The notes beneath the pieces are model-generated. The model was not told the DNA's origin. It made no database searches and saw only the letters and a list, made by a program, of their open reading frames with translations. The translations under genes were made by a program, and so were the position numbers. Source: Candidatus Babeliales bacterium (GTDB taxonomy: Bacteria > Babelota > Babeliae > Babelales > JACPOV01). Taken from it: a DNA stretch of 64,000 bases. The stretch is taken from assembly GCA_050250855.1 (NCBI GenBank), contig JBFWNW010000002.1:192001-256000 (forward strand). Direction: 5' to 3'. Shown in pieces: positions 1-9,813 of this stretch. Position 1 is the stretch's first letter; the number at the start of each line of letters is the position of its first letter.

Positions 1-104
1 ATAGTTGTCAATTCATAATGAGCTGTATTATTTTCAGTCTTTACATTATGAGCAAAAAGAGTCATCATCAAAAGAAGCAACCACAGATGAATTGTTGCTT
101 TCAT
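1..104 (-). CDS. 5' part of a probable exported protein (runs off the window edge)
   Basis: Minus-strand ATG at 104 with AAGGAG RBS upstream; my translation MKATIHLWLLLLMMTLFAHNVKTENN... is open to position 1 and looks like a signal peptide. Confidence 0.55.
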   Translation of the reverse strand, partial: MKATIHLWLLLLMMTLFAHNVKTENNTAHYELTT

Positions 105-216
105 AAGATACTCCTTGTAATATAGGATATTAAGTACTTTTAAAATTTATTCTATCAAGAAAATTGGAATGTGCAACCATTAAAATTTTTAACCTTGATA
201 CTTAGTAAGGATGTAG

Positions 217-1437
217 ATGGCACTATTTCGCTATCAAGCATTTTCAAAAGATGGCAAAAAAGTTCGCAATACGCTCGATGCTCCTACGCTTGAAGCTGCA
301 CGGGATCAGATTACTAAAATGGGTTTATACCCGGTAAATATTGAATTAGCAACGTATGAAGGCTCGCAAACGTTATGGGGTACGATTACTTCTTTTTTTG
401 CACCACGTATTAGTATTAAAGAAAAAATTCTTTTTACCAAACAGCTTGCTGTACTGTTAAAATCAGGAATTCCTTTGTTGCAGGCATTAGAACTATTAAT
501 AGAACAATTTGAAGGAAGATTGCGTTCTATTATTGTAACGTTAAGAGATAATATTAAAGAAGGTCAATCATTAGCAGAAGGCCTTGCGCGTTATCCAAAA
601 GTATTTGATACAATTTATATTCAATTAGTGCGTGCCGGTGAAGCAACAGGAAAATTAGAAATAATTCTTGAGCGCTTGGTTGACTATTTAGAGCGAAGAC
701 AAGCAATAACAAAACGAGTCAAAGCTGCATTACGTTATCCTATGATACAGCTCTCAATCATTGTATTAGTTGTTATTGCGCTATTAACGTTAGTGCTTCC
801 CACATTAGCAAAAAACTTTGCTTCTCAAAAACAAGAGTTGCCATGGACAACATCATTTTTGTTAGGCGTTTCAGATGTATTAATAAATTATTGGTACCTA
901 CTGCTTGGTGGTTTTATCCTTATTATAGTTTTATTTCGCTATTGGCGCTCGACACCATCAGGTGCTCTTATACTTGATAAACTTAAATTAAAACTTCCTA
1001 TAGTAAGTTTTTTTGCACGCATGAGCGCTGTAGTGCAATTTAGCCGCACCTTAGGAATTTTAGTAGAAAGTGGTGTTAATTTAGCAGAGTCGTTAGATAT
1101 TGTTGTAAAAATTATTGATAATAAAGTATTATCACAAGCGTTAAGTGATGCACGTGATAATATTGTCAAGCAAGGGCGCATAGCAGAATTTTTAAAAGAA
1201 ACGGGTATTTTTCCTCCTATTGCAATTTATCTTATTAATACGGGAGAACAAAGTGGCCAACTTGATGCTATGTTGCTAACCGTTGCACAAAATTATGAAA
1301 CTGATTTAATGGAATATTCAGATAATCTTTCATCATTAATTGAACCAATTATGTTAGTAGTTATGGGTGTTGTTGTTGGGTTTGTTGTATTGTCTGTTGT
1401 GCAACCTATGTTGCAACAGGCACAGTTTGGAGCTTAA
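217..1437 (+). CDS. gspF: Type II secretion inner-membrane platform protein GspF/PilC family
   Basis: FTKQLAVLLKSGIPL, AGEATGKL, GEQSGQLD, IEPIM motifs; two GspF domains with TM segments; precedes pseudopilins. Confidence 0.93.
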   Translation: MALFRYQAFSKDGKKVRNTLDAPTLEAARDQITKMGLYPVNIELATYEGSQTLWGTITSFFAPRISIKEKILFTKQLAVLLKSGIPLLQALELLIEQFEGRLRSIIVTLRDNIKEGQSLAEGLARYPKVFDTIYIQLVRAGEATGKLEIILERLVDYLERRQAITKRVKAALRYPMIQLSIIVLVVIALLTLVLPTLAKNFASQKQELPWTTSFLLGVSDVLINYWYLLLGGFILIIVLFRYWRSTPSGALILDKLKLKLPIVSFFARMSAVVQFSRTLGILVESGVNLAESLDIVVKIIDNKVLSQALSDARDNIVKQGRIAEFLKETGIFPPIAIYLINTGEQSGQLDAMLLTVAQNYETDLMEYSDNLSSLIEPIMLVVMGVVVGFVVLSVVQPMLQQAQFGA

Positions 1438-1450
1438 GGAAAGGGAATTT

Positions 1451-1873
1451 ATGAACTTAGCAGAAAAAAGGCGTTATGCTCAGCCGGGTTTCACCTTCAT
1501 GGAACTTGTTGTGGTGGTGCTTGTTTTAGGTATTTTGGCTGCAGTGGGTATTCCTACTTATATGAATTTAAGAGCGAGAGCAGAAAGAAATAGTACCATT
1601 GTTACGTTGAAGAATCTTAAAGGTCAATTAGATATCTTTAAAGCTGATATGGGTAAATATCCTGCTAAATTAAGTGAACTTGCTGAGCGCCCAAAAGGTG
1701 AATTAGCAAAAAAATGGCAAGGCCCTTATTTTGAAACAGTTCCACAAGATGGTTGGAAGAATGATTTTTATTATAAAGTAACACCAGGCGGAAAACATCC
1801 TTATGAATTATATTCATATGGTCCTAACGGAGAAGAAGGTTCACCGGATGAACGCTTTAGCATCTGGGATTAA
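1451..1873 (+). CDS. gspG: Major pseudopilin GspG
   Basis: Prepilin motif G|FTFMELVVVV; GspG C-domain KWQGPY...QDGWKNDFYY...LYSYGPNG; start moved to ATG 1451 after AAGGGA. Confidence 0.9.
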   Translation: MNLAEKRRYAQPGFTFMELVVVVLVLGILAAVGIPTYMNLRARAERNSTIVTLKNLKGQLDIFKADMGKYPAKLSELAERPKGELAKKWQGPYFETVPQDGWKNDFYYKVTPGGKHPYELYSYGPNGEEGSPDERFSIWD

Positions 1874-2420
1874 AAAAGGATTTACGTTTTTAGAGTTAAT
1901 GGTTGTTATACTCATTTTAGGGATTATAGCAACCATTGCTGTTCCTGCATTACAAAACCGTTTGCCTGGGTATCAACGCAAACAGTTTATTGCAGAGGTT
2001 GATAGCTTGTCACGTTTAGCGTGGCAAGAAGCGCTGGTGCAACAAAAAGCGTTGCGACTTTTATTTACGTTAGATAAGCGCTTAATGAGCGTACAGATTG
2101 CAACGGGTGGCTTTGATAAAGATGGCAATCCTACCTTTGCGCCGGTAGATATTCCGTATTTAAAAAGTTCTTACCAGTGGCCAGATAGTATAGAAATTAA
2201 GCAATTTTTTATTGGTAAAAAAGATTTTTTAACGCGTCCTGGTATTAAAACAGAAACTATTTGGTTTTATTATGCACCCGAAGGATTGGTGCAACCAGTT
2301 ATTATTAATATGCTTGATACAAGTAATCAAGATGCGCAAGGAAAAGCGCGGCAGATAAGTTTAGTTATGAATCCTTTTACTGGTCAATTTAAAGAGTATG
2401 AAGAATTTCAAAAACCATAA
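1848..2420 (+). CDS. gspH: Minor pseudopilin, GspH-like
   Basis: G|FTFLELMVVILI N-methylation motif; position after gspG. Confidence 0.72.
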   Translation: MNALASGIKKGFTFLELMVVILILGIIATIAVPALQNRLPGYQRKQFIAEVDSLSRLAWQEALVQQKALRLLFTLDKRLMSVQIATGGFDKDGNPTFAPVDIPYLKSSYQWPDSIEIKQFFIGKKDFLTRPGIKTETIWFYYAPEGLVQPVIINMLDTSNQDAQGKARQISLVMNPFTGQFKEYEEFQKP

Positions 2421-2814
2421 TAAATCAGGCATGACCTTTATAGAAGTAGTTATAGCTACTTTTATAGTAGGATCTTTGTTATCTTCATTATTGTTATTGC
2501 AAAATACGACTCTTTTTAGCGTTGGCCGTTTTATTGGGCAATCTGAACGTATTTTTTTATTATTAAATCGTCTTGATCAGGCAGCATTTGAGCGTGCGCG
2601 GCATGAAAAAGAGCCTAAAAAAGAACCAAAGAAGAAAGAGCCATCTGAAACTAAAATTATGTACGAGCAAAAAAAGATTGCAAAAGAATCATCATTAAAA
2701 AATATAAAAAATCTTGTTATAGAAAAAGTTACGGCCGAATGGGAATATGGTAACCGTTCATTTAAAGAAAGTATGATAACCTTCCTGTATAAACCGGAGA
2801 AAAAAGTATCATGA
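2398..2814 (+). CDS. gspI: Minor pseudopilin, GspI-like
   Basis: G|MTFIEVVIA motif; short; operon order. Confidence 0.68.
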   Translation: MKNFKNHNKSGMTFIEVVIATFIVGSLLSSLLLLQNTTLFSVGRFIGQSERIFLLLNRLDQAAFERARHEKEPKKEPKKKEPSETKIMYEQKKIAKESSLKNIKNLVIEKVTAEWEYGNRSFKESMITFLYKPEKKVS

Positions 2815-3824
2815 AATCTGGTTTCACCGTAATAGAACTTTTATTAGCAGTTACCTTTTCATCAATGCTCGTTACCCTTTTGATGACGTCATTTTACCAA
2901 ATTAATCGTTCTTCAGCTCGTATAGATGTAGCCATTGATCTTGATACGCGCGCCCATATTATTAATAATCAGATGCAAAAAGATCTTATGGGTGCTTTTG
3001 TGCCACGACAAGGTTTGAAAAAACAAGAGGCTGAAAAAAAAGAGCAGCAACCAGTTCCTGCAAAAAAAGATGCTGCAACACCAGAAAAAAAAGAACGCCC
3101 AAAACCGATCAGTGATGTTTTTTTGAGTACCAATAAAGATGGCATGCTCAAAGAGCTTACCTTTATTACGAACAATCCCGTACGTATTTATGAGTATGCA
3201 GAAAATGCAGAAGTAAAGCCGCGTGTTGTGCGCGTTATGTATCGCCTTGAGCAAGAGAAAAATAAAAAAGGTAGTTTTATACTAACGCGCCAAGAAGGAG
3301 TAAATCTTGATGTTAAGCATTACAAAAAGGGTGCAGAAGGAGCGCCACAAACCTTTGTTTTAGCGCAAGGCATTAAAGCACTAGCGCTAGAATATAAAGC
3401 ACCACGAGTAAAGGAAGAAGAGAAAAAAACAACGCAGCCAGACAAAAAGCAACCTGAGAAAAAAGAAAAAAAAGACGAGCCTGTTGTATTTGAAGCAAAA
3501 AAAGAATGGCGCTCTAATGAAATTCGCGAAGGCAAGAAAAAGCAATCTCAGCTGCCGCAGTGGATTACCGTTACGTTAACATTATCTGATGAAGTGCAAG
3601 AACAAGAACGTTCTTTAATCTTTAATTATCAGGTAGCAGCTTTTGGCCAGGATCTTATAGAGCGCAAAGCGCCAGAGGAAAAAGCTCCTGCGCCTCAAAA
3701 GCCACCAGTAGTTCCTCCTGCAGGGCAGCGTGTTGCACAGGTGCGCAGAAGAATGCCAACAGCGCAAGAAGTAAAAACATCCGTACAAGAATATCTTGCT
3801 ATGATGCAAAGGAAAACGTCATGA
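2811..3824 (+). CDS. gspJ: Minor pseudopilin, GspJ-like, with Lys/Glu/Pro-rich insertions
   Basis: G|FTVIELLLA motif; VxYRL and LPQWITVTL motifs; ATGA overlap with upstream gene. Confidence 0.72.
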   Translation: MKSGFTVIELLLAVTFSSMLVTLLMTSFYQINRSSARIDVAIDLDTRAHIINNQMQKDLMGAFVPRQGLKKQEAEKKEQQPVPAKKDAATPEKKERPKPISDVFLSTNKDGMLKELTFITNNPVRIYEYAENAEVKPRVVRVMYRLEQEKNKKGSFILTRQEGVNLDVKHYKKGAEGAPQTFVLAQGIKALALEYKAPRVKEEEKKTTQPDKKQPEKKEKKDEPVVFEAKKEWRSNEIREGKKKQSQLPQWITVTLTLSDEVQEQERSLIFNYQVAAFGQDLIERKAPEEKAPAPQKPPVVPPAGQRVAQVRRRMPTAQEVKTSVQEYLAMMQRKTS

Positions 3825-4852
3825 AACAATCTACACAGCAAGGATACATTCTTGTTTTAACCTTGATGATTCTTTCCATTGCCGTAATAGTGGTAACACG
3901 TTTTGCTTTACGCGGTACGGTGCACGTGCATTTTGATAAAACTATGATAGAGCGTGAGCAAGCAAAGCAGGTAGCACTTGGTGGCATTCAAGTGGCACTT
4001 GCACAGCTTTCTTTACAAGAAAGTTCTACGGGTGGTCAGCAAAAAACAAACTCAACTGAGTTTTATAAAAAGGTTGTTCCTGCTCTTAACCGTTTTCAAG
4101 ACTATAAACTGGTCAAGGATGTTGACGGCATAGATGGTACACTTTCTCTTGCTATCAGCTGTGAACAAGGTAAAATTGATCTCAATCAGCTTTTTCCCGT
4201 TGAAGATGCGCAGTTTGATCTAGAAAAACAAAAAGAATTAAAAAAATCGATGCAGAATTTTTTTGCTCAAATAAAAAAAGTTATGAAAGATAAAGATCTC
4301 TTTTCAGTGTTTGAGAAATTTATTAAAAAGCAGCAATTCTTGTTGAATGATGCAACTGAATTGATGACGATTCCTGAATTTCAAAAACTTTTTTTAACGA
4401 AAATTTTTTATGAGCCGCCAACAAAAGATTCTTCAAAAAAACGGCCTCTTTATTTAATGGATATTTTTACGGTATTTTCTGATAAAAAAAATATACAGCC
4501 GTGGTTTCTTTCTGATTCTTTATGTGGTCTGCTTGGTTTAAAGCGTGCAGAATATAATGATCAAGAAAAACGTGAAAAGCTTGTAGCAGACGTCCTTACT
4601 ATTAAAAATTTAAACAGTCCTGAACAAAAATGGGATAAGCAGCTACAGCCTTTGTACGGAAAAGATTTTAAAAGTTTACCAAAAGATTTTCAGATGCTTT
4701 TTGATTTTTCTTTCGAACCGACAGTATTTTCAGTACTTTCCTATGGCACGGTTGGCGCGATAACTCAGAAAATTTTTGCTATTATAGAAAAGCGGTCATC
4801 ATCGCAGCACGGTGATGCTCCCTACGCATTAACAAAACTTTACTGGCTTTGA
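3821..4852 (+). CDS. gspK: Minor pseudopilin, GspK-like
   Basis: G|YILVLTL without Glu+5 (typical of GspK); EQGKIDLN motif. Confidence 0.75.
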   Translation: MKQSTQQGYILVLTLMILSIAVIVVTRFALRGTVHVHFDKTMIEREQAKQVALGGIQVALAQLSLQESSTGGQQKTNSTEFYKKVVPALNRFQDYKLVKDVDGIDGTLSLAISCEQGKIDLNQLFPVEDAQFDLEKQKELKKSMQNFFAQIKKVMKDKDLFSVFEKFIKKQQFLLNDATELMTIPEFQKLFLTKIFYEPPTKDSSKKRPLYLMDIFTVFSDKKNIQPWFLSDSLCGLLGLKRAEYNDQEKREKLVADVLTIKNLNSPEQKWDKQLQPLYGKDFKSLPKDFQMLFDFSFEPTVFSVLSYGTVGAITQKIFAIIEKRSSSQHGDAPYALTKLYWL

Positions 4853-4865
4853 TTAAGGGATTAGC

Positions 4866-6224
4866 TTGCAAGTTAAAACAGAAACTATTGTTGGTTTATT
4901 TATTTTTATTGCTCTTGGCATTTTCTTGTATGCAACCTTTTTCTTAGGGGTGTTTCGTGTTGGTCAATTTAAATACCATTCGTATGCCGTTTTATTTACT
5001 GACGTTGCAGGTCTTGAAAAAAAAGCTGATGTTAAAATTGCTGGCGTGACCGTTGGGTGGGTAGATGCACTTGAACTGCACCAAGATGGTAGAGCAGTGA
5101 AAGTACACCTTACCATTGATAAGCGCTATAGCATACGAACTGACGCTTCTGCGTGCGTTCGGCAAGAATCTGTTTTAGGAACAAAATATATAGAACTGAT
5201 TCCCGGTAACCCGACTCAACAAGAAGTTTTTTCAGGATCTACCTTGAGCAATCAAGGGAAATCACCAGCTTCACTCGATGCTATTTTGGATAATCTCCAA
5301 AAGACGGTTGAGCAGGTTGCCGCTGTTTCAGAATATTTGAAAAATGCATTCCCTTCTTTTGATCGTGACGTTGGCGCTGCTTTGCATACTTTTGAGAGCA
5401 CCGGGTTACAGATGCAACATGGTTTTAAGCGTCTTGAATCTATTATGGAAAAAATTGATAGTGGGAAAGGCTTTGTTGGTAAATTAATTAATGAAGATGA
5501 CGCCTACCGTGATTTACAAGTTACGGTAAAAGGGCTTAAAAAATATTTTAATAAAATAGATGCCTTGAATATCGTATTTGATTCCCATAGTGAATATATG
5601 TACGGGCCAGCAGAGCATTTAAATTTTGAAGATGCAAAAGGATACCTGGATGTTCGTATTCATGCAAGTGACGATCATTTTTATTTATTGCAGGCTGTTA
5701 TGTCACAAAAAGGAACCATTAAACGTTCTATAGAAGAAGTAAAATGGTTTGATGAGCGTTGTGTTGAAATTATTCCTAGTCAGTACATTAATCAGCCCAA
5801 TAAATCAGTATTTTTGCCAGAACTTGTTGGCTCAGTAGAACGCAGAAAGCGAAAATTAGATCAGGTAAAACTTGGTTTTCAACTTGGTAAGCTGTATAAA
5901 GATTTTGTCTTTAGAATAGGTCTTTTTGAAAATACTGCCGGTTTTGGTATGGATTTTGATATTCCTTTTGGTACCGATGCTTTTCGCTGGGTAACGTCAT
6001 TTGAAGCATTTGATTTTAGAGGTCGGCAGCGCATTGATGATAAACGCCCTCATTTTAAATGGGTCAATCGCTTATTTTTGTTCCGTAATCTTTACTTAGT
6101 GGCCGGTGCAGATGATTTTATGAGCAAGCATAATGCAAACGGCTTTTTTGGAGGAGGATTACGTTTGTGTGATGATGATTTTAAATACTTCTTTTCATTT
6201 ATTGGCCTTGGCGGACTTACCTAA
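4866..6224 (+). CDS. MCE/MlaD-domain protein with extended C-terminal region
   Basis: N-terminal TM; FTDVAGLEKKADVKIAGVTVGWV and VLGTKYIELIPG MCE motifs; GKGFVGKLIN helical repeat; TTG start. Confidence 0.85.
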   Translation: MQVKTETIVGLFIFIALGIFLYATFFLGVFRVGQFKYHSYAVLFTDVAGLEKKADVKIAGVTVGWVDALELHQDGRAVKVHLTIDKRYSIRTDASACVRQESVLGTKYIELIPGNPTQQEVFSGSTLSNQGKSPASLDAILDNLQKTVEQVAAVSEYLKNAFPSFDRDVGAALHTFESTGLQMQHGFKRLESIMEKIDSGKGFVGKLINEDDAYRDLQVTVKGLKKYFNKIDALNIVFDSHSEYMYGPAEHLNFEDAKGYLDVRIHASDDHFYLLQAVMSQKGTIKRSIEEVKWFDERCVEIIPSQYINQPNKSVFLPELVGSVERRKRKLDQVKLGFQLGKLYKDFVFRIGLFENTAGFGMDFDIPFGTDAFRWVTSFEAFDFRGRQRIDDKRPHFKWVNRLFLFRNLYLVAGADDFMSKHNANGFFGGGLRLCDDDFKYFFSFIGLGGLT

Positions 6225-6277
6225 ATTCTTGCGTAGGTAATTACTCATACAGTATCTTTTATAAAAAAGGGGATACT

Positions 6278-8005
6278 ATGAAAAAATTATTATTTTTTCT
6301 ATTTTTATTTCTATCTATTCAAGCGCCTTTGCAGAGCTCTGAAAAAAAAGAACCATGCAAGCAAGACCCTTATAATTTTAATACATTTTACCTTAAAATT
6401 TTTTTAGATACGAAACAGGCCCATCCTCAAGAAAATTCTGAATATATAAAAAAAGAAGTTTTAGACTGTTTTTATAATCTTTTGGGAGATCAATTAGCTC
6501 TTTTATCCGCGGTTAATCTTTATAAGTCTTATTATGAAGCTCTGCTTAAAGCGAAGGAGGATTATAAGCAAAGTTTGGAGGCAGTTGGTGTTAAACCTAC
6601 TACCCACGGTCTTTATGAAATGAAATTTTCTCCTTCCTTTGAAGAGCTAAGCTTTATAATGACTAACAGATTATTATTTAAAACACAGATACTCTCTACC
6701 AGAGAAAAAATACATATACAAGCCTTGGCTATAGAAAAAGGAAAAGATCCTGTACTCAAGCCTTTGATTACTATTTTAATGAAGAAAAGTGAGTATGATG
6801 AAAAGCATAATGATATTCTGGCATTAGTAGCAACAATTTTAAAAAATGCCGAAAAAATAGAAAATCCTCGCTGCTGGACTTTTATAGAAAAATATACGGG
6901 ACAAAATCCCTTTAACTATGCAAATTCCATACTAGAGATATACAAAGAATGGATTGCTTCATATGCAAAAGATGCTTTATCTAAAAAAGAGTTTGGTGAT
7001 ATAAGCCCTGAGTTATTAAAAACATATCTTCAAGCATCATCTATGCACTTGGTTAACATAGAAATTTCTTTTAAGTTTAACGTTCTTATCAATGAAGATT
7101 TTTCTAAAGCAGATTATGCTTTTCTAGAAGATTTTATGTCTGTAATACAAGAATATCAAAAAGATGAAAAAAACATTGCTTGTTTTTCAGACTATCTTAA
7201 GAATTTTTTGATAAACAAAGGCTATATAAAAAAAGAAGAAGGATGGTCTTTACCATCGCTAAAAGACTCACAAGAAATATTTTTAAAGCAACAGGAATTA
7301 AAAAAAGAAGTTGTTATAAAACAGCTAGAGGAGCATGAAAAGGAAAAAAGATTAGAGCAAAAAGAACAAGAAAAAAAAGGGAAAAAGAAGCAGTCGGCAG
7401 TAACTGCAGCACCAGCATTTCTCGATGCTTCATGGATTAATAAAAATTATAAAGTTTCAGATAAAAGCATCGTTAGATCAATAAAGGGAGATCAGGTTAT
7501 TATCGATGACCAAAAAAATAATATGCTTATTACGTTGATAATCCCCGATAAAGAGATTTTACGTCCAACAACTATTCCTGCCATAAAATTTGATGAACGA
7601 GTAGAGCGCTGGTTTAAAAATCCTGAAAAAACGTTACATGAAATAGGTTCACTAACACCAGACGAAGAATTAGGAAAGCTGCAGGCTGAAAAGCTTCATC
7701 AAAAAAAGCTTGAAATAAAGCGGCATAATTTTGCACAGATGGTGGATCCATTTATTATGCTCTTTGGTGCCGATAGTATTCATATTGATAAAAAACAAAA
7801 TAAAATTCCTAATAAAACGTTGGTAGGGCAGTTGGAAGATAAAAATACGCATGAAAAATTTGTTGGTGTTTTTGGCTATGCACAAAACCCTAAAACAGGC
7901 ACCTGGTACCATAGATTTTTTAGCACCAAAAAACCACAAGAAATTGCGCAAACCTATTTTAAAGGTGCTACGTTTGATCTAGAGTACCCTCCTCTTGGAG
8001 AGTGA
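6278..8005 (+). CDS. Secreted hypothetical protein, paralog A (variable middle, conserved C-terminal domain)
   Basis: 575-aa ORF, signal peptide MKKLLFFLFLFLSIQAPLQS; C-terminal ~185 aa nearly identical to next gene. Confidence 0.8.
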   Translation: MKKLLFFLFLFLSIQAPLQSSEKKEPCKQDPYNFNTFYLKIFLDTKQAHPQENSEYIKKEVLDCFYNLLGDQLALLSAVNLYKSYYEALLKAKEDYKQSLEAVGVKPTTHGLYEMKFSPSFEELSFIMTNRLLFKTQILSTREKIHIQALAIEKGKDPVLKPLITILMKKSEYDEKHNDILALVATILKNAEKIENPRCWTFIEKYTGQNPFNYANSILEIYKEWIASYAKDALSKKEFGDISPELLKTYLQASSMHLVNIEISFKFNVLINEDFSKADYAFLEDFMSVIQEYQKDEKNIACFSDYLKNFLINKGYIKKEEGWSLPSLKDSQEIFLKQQELKKEVVIKQLEEHEKEKRLEQKEQEKKGKKKQSAVTAAPAFLDASWINKNYKVSDKSIVRSIKGDQVIIDDQKNNMLITLIIPDKEILRPTTIPAIKFDERVERWFKNPEKTLHEIGSLTPDEELGKLQAEKLHQKKLEIKRHNFAQMVDPFIMLFGADSIHIDKKQNKIPNKTLVGQLEDKNTHEKFVGVFGYAQNPKTGTWYHRFFSTKKPQEIAQTYFKGATFDLEYPPLGE

Positions 8006-8018
8006 TGCAGCGTAATTG
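7454..8018 (+). repeat. Direct repeat copy 1 (~565 bp), near-identical to 9249-9813
   Basis: Manual alignment at constant offset 1795, roughly a dozen mismatches in the coding part. Confidence 0.95.
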
Positions 8019-8072
8019 CTTTGGTATTTAAATCAATATTTTAATATAAAAAAGAGTAAAAAAGAGGATACT

Positions 8073-9800
8073 ATGAAAAAATTATTATTCTTTCTATTTT
8101 TATTTCTATCTCAAGCGCCTTTGCGGAGCTCAGAAAAAAAAGAATCATGCAGCCAAGATTCTTATAATTTTAATAAATTTTATCTAGATATTTTTATGAA
8201 AGCAAAAGAGAATTTCCCTCAACAAAAACCTGAAAACGTTTTATTTTCTTTTGTTGAGCTTTTGGCAGATCAACTTTATCTTTTATCTGCTTTTGATTAT
8301 TATACAGATTGGCATTCTAAGATGGCCGTCGCTCATCTTGATTATTTGTATAGTTTGGGCCTCGTGGGAGCTGTAGTAGTCGATGATTATTATTTTTTTG
8401 ACAAAGCAGTAGTAACTTCTCTTGAAGAATTAAATTTTATTTTGCATAACAAGTCATTATTTCTAAAAAATAATTTTACTGAAAATGATAAAGCGGAGAT
8501 TATTGCTTTAGATATAAATGAAAAAAATAAATCCCTCAGGCCTTGGATTAATATTCTTCTCAAAAAAAATGAATACCAGGAGCAGTATACGAGAGTTATA
8601 GCTACTATTTCACTTATTTTAATAAGGCTCATGGAGGTTGAGAGGAACCCTTATTGGGCATTTATACGTGATGAAACACAAAGCAGTCCCTTTATTTTTT
8701 TAAAGCAGATGCTACATACTTTGAAACAATGGGCTACTGCATATGCTGAGTTTATAGTGGATACTTCTGAAAAAGAACCTGAGAGGTTTACTAAAGAAGA
8801 GATTGAAAGAGGACGTATTTGCAAAGAAGTTTCTTCCGGAATATTGCAACCGGCTCAGCAAGCTTTAATGGTTGAAATGATGTCTAGAAACAAATTTACA
8901 GAATCTGAGATTCCTTATTTTAATGAATTTTCTTCCATAGTTAATAAATATAAAATGCGTGAAAGTTGTGTTACTAATTTTGCAGAATCTCTTAGTAAGA
9001 CATTGTTTAGTAAGAAGCTTGTAAAAAAAGGATTTTTTTTAAAAAATTTTGAACAAACAAAACAAGAATTGCTAAAGAATCTTATAGCAACAAAAGAAGA
9101 GCTTGAAAGGCGAGAAGTAGTATCTGAAAAAAAGGTCTTGCAAGCGCAAAAAAAACAAGAAAAACAAGAGAAAAAGAAGAAGTCAAAAGGCAAGCAGCCA
9201 ATAGTACCAGCAGCCCTCGATGTTGCATGGATTAATAAGAGCTATAACGTTTCAGATAAAAGCATCGTTAGCTCAATAAAGGATGATCAGGTTATTATCG
9301 ATGACCAAAAAAATAATATGCTTATTACGTTGATAATCCCCGATAAAGAGATTTTACGTCCAACAACTATTCCTGCCATAAAATTTGATGAACGAGTAGA
9401 GCGTTGGTTTAAAAATCCTGAAAAAACGTTACATGAAATAGGTTCACTAACACCAGACGAAGAATTAGGAAAGCTGCAGGCTGAAAAGCTTCATCAAAAA
9501 AAGCTTGAAATAAAGCGGCATAATTTTGCACAGATGGTGGATCCGTTTATTATGCTCTTTGGTGCCGATAGTATTCATATTGATAAGAAACAAAATAAAA
9601 TTCCTAATAAAACGTTGGTAGGGCAGTTGGAAGATAAAAATACGCATGAAAAGCTTATTGGTGTTTTTGGCTATGCACAAAACCCTAAAACAGGCACTTG
9701 GTACCATAGATTTTTTAGTACCAAAAAACCACAAGAAATTGCGCAAACCTATTTTAAAGGTGCTACGTTTGATCTAGAGTATCCTCCTCTTGGAGAGTGA
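8073..9800 (+). CDS. Secreted hypothetical protein, paralog B
   Basis: Start at ATG 8073 (same GGATACT-ATG context as paralog A); same signal peptide and C-terminal domain. Confidence 0.8.
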   Translation: MKKLLFFLFLFLSQAPLRSSEKKESCSQDSYNFNKFYLDIFMKAKENFPQQKPENVLFSFVELLADQLYLLSAFDYYTDWHSKMAVAHLDYLYSLGLVGAVVVDDYYFFDKAVVTSLEELNFILHNKSLFLKNNFTENDKAEIIALDINEKNKSLRPWINILLKKNEYQEQYTRVIATISLILIRLMEVERNPYWAFIRDETQSSPFIFLKQMLHTLKQWATAYAEFIVDTSEKEPERFTKEEIERGRICKEVSSGILQPAQQALMVEMMSRNKFTESEIPYFNEFSSIVNKYKMRESCVTNFAESLSKTLFSKKLVKKGFFLKNFEQTKQELLKNLIATKEELERREVVSEKKVLQAQKKQEKQEKKKKSKGKQPIVPAALDVAWINKSYNVSDKSIVSSIKDDQVIIDDQKNNMLITLIIPDKEILRPTTIPAIKFDERVERWFKNPEKTLHEIGSLTPDEELGKLQAEKLHQKKLEIKRHNFAQMVDPFIMLFGADSIHIDKKQNKIPNKTLVGQLEDKNTHEKLIGVFGYAQNPKTGTWYHRFFSTKKPQEIAQTYFKGATFDLEYPPLGE

Positions 9801-9813
9801 TGCGGCGCAATTG
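9249..9813 (+). repeat. Direct repeat copy 2, near-identical to 7454-8018
   Basis: Manual alignment. Confidence 0.95.

Noticed and set aside
7670..9746. Twin 93-aa antisense ORFs (7670-7951 and 9465-9746)
   Set aside because: Shadow ORFs duplicated along with the sense-strand repeat
7454..9813. Near-identical repeat pair considered as a diversity-generating retroelement TR/VR
   Set aside because: Both copies are coding, mismatches are not adenine-specific and are largely synonymous, and no reverse transcriptase is in the window
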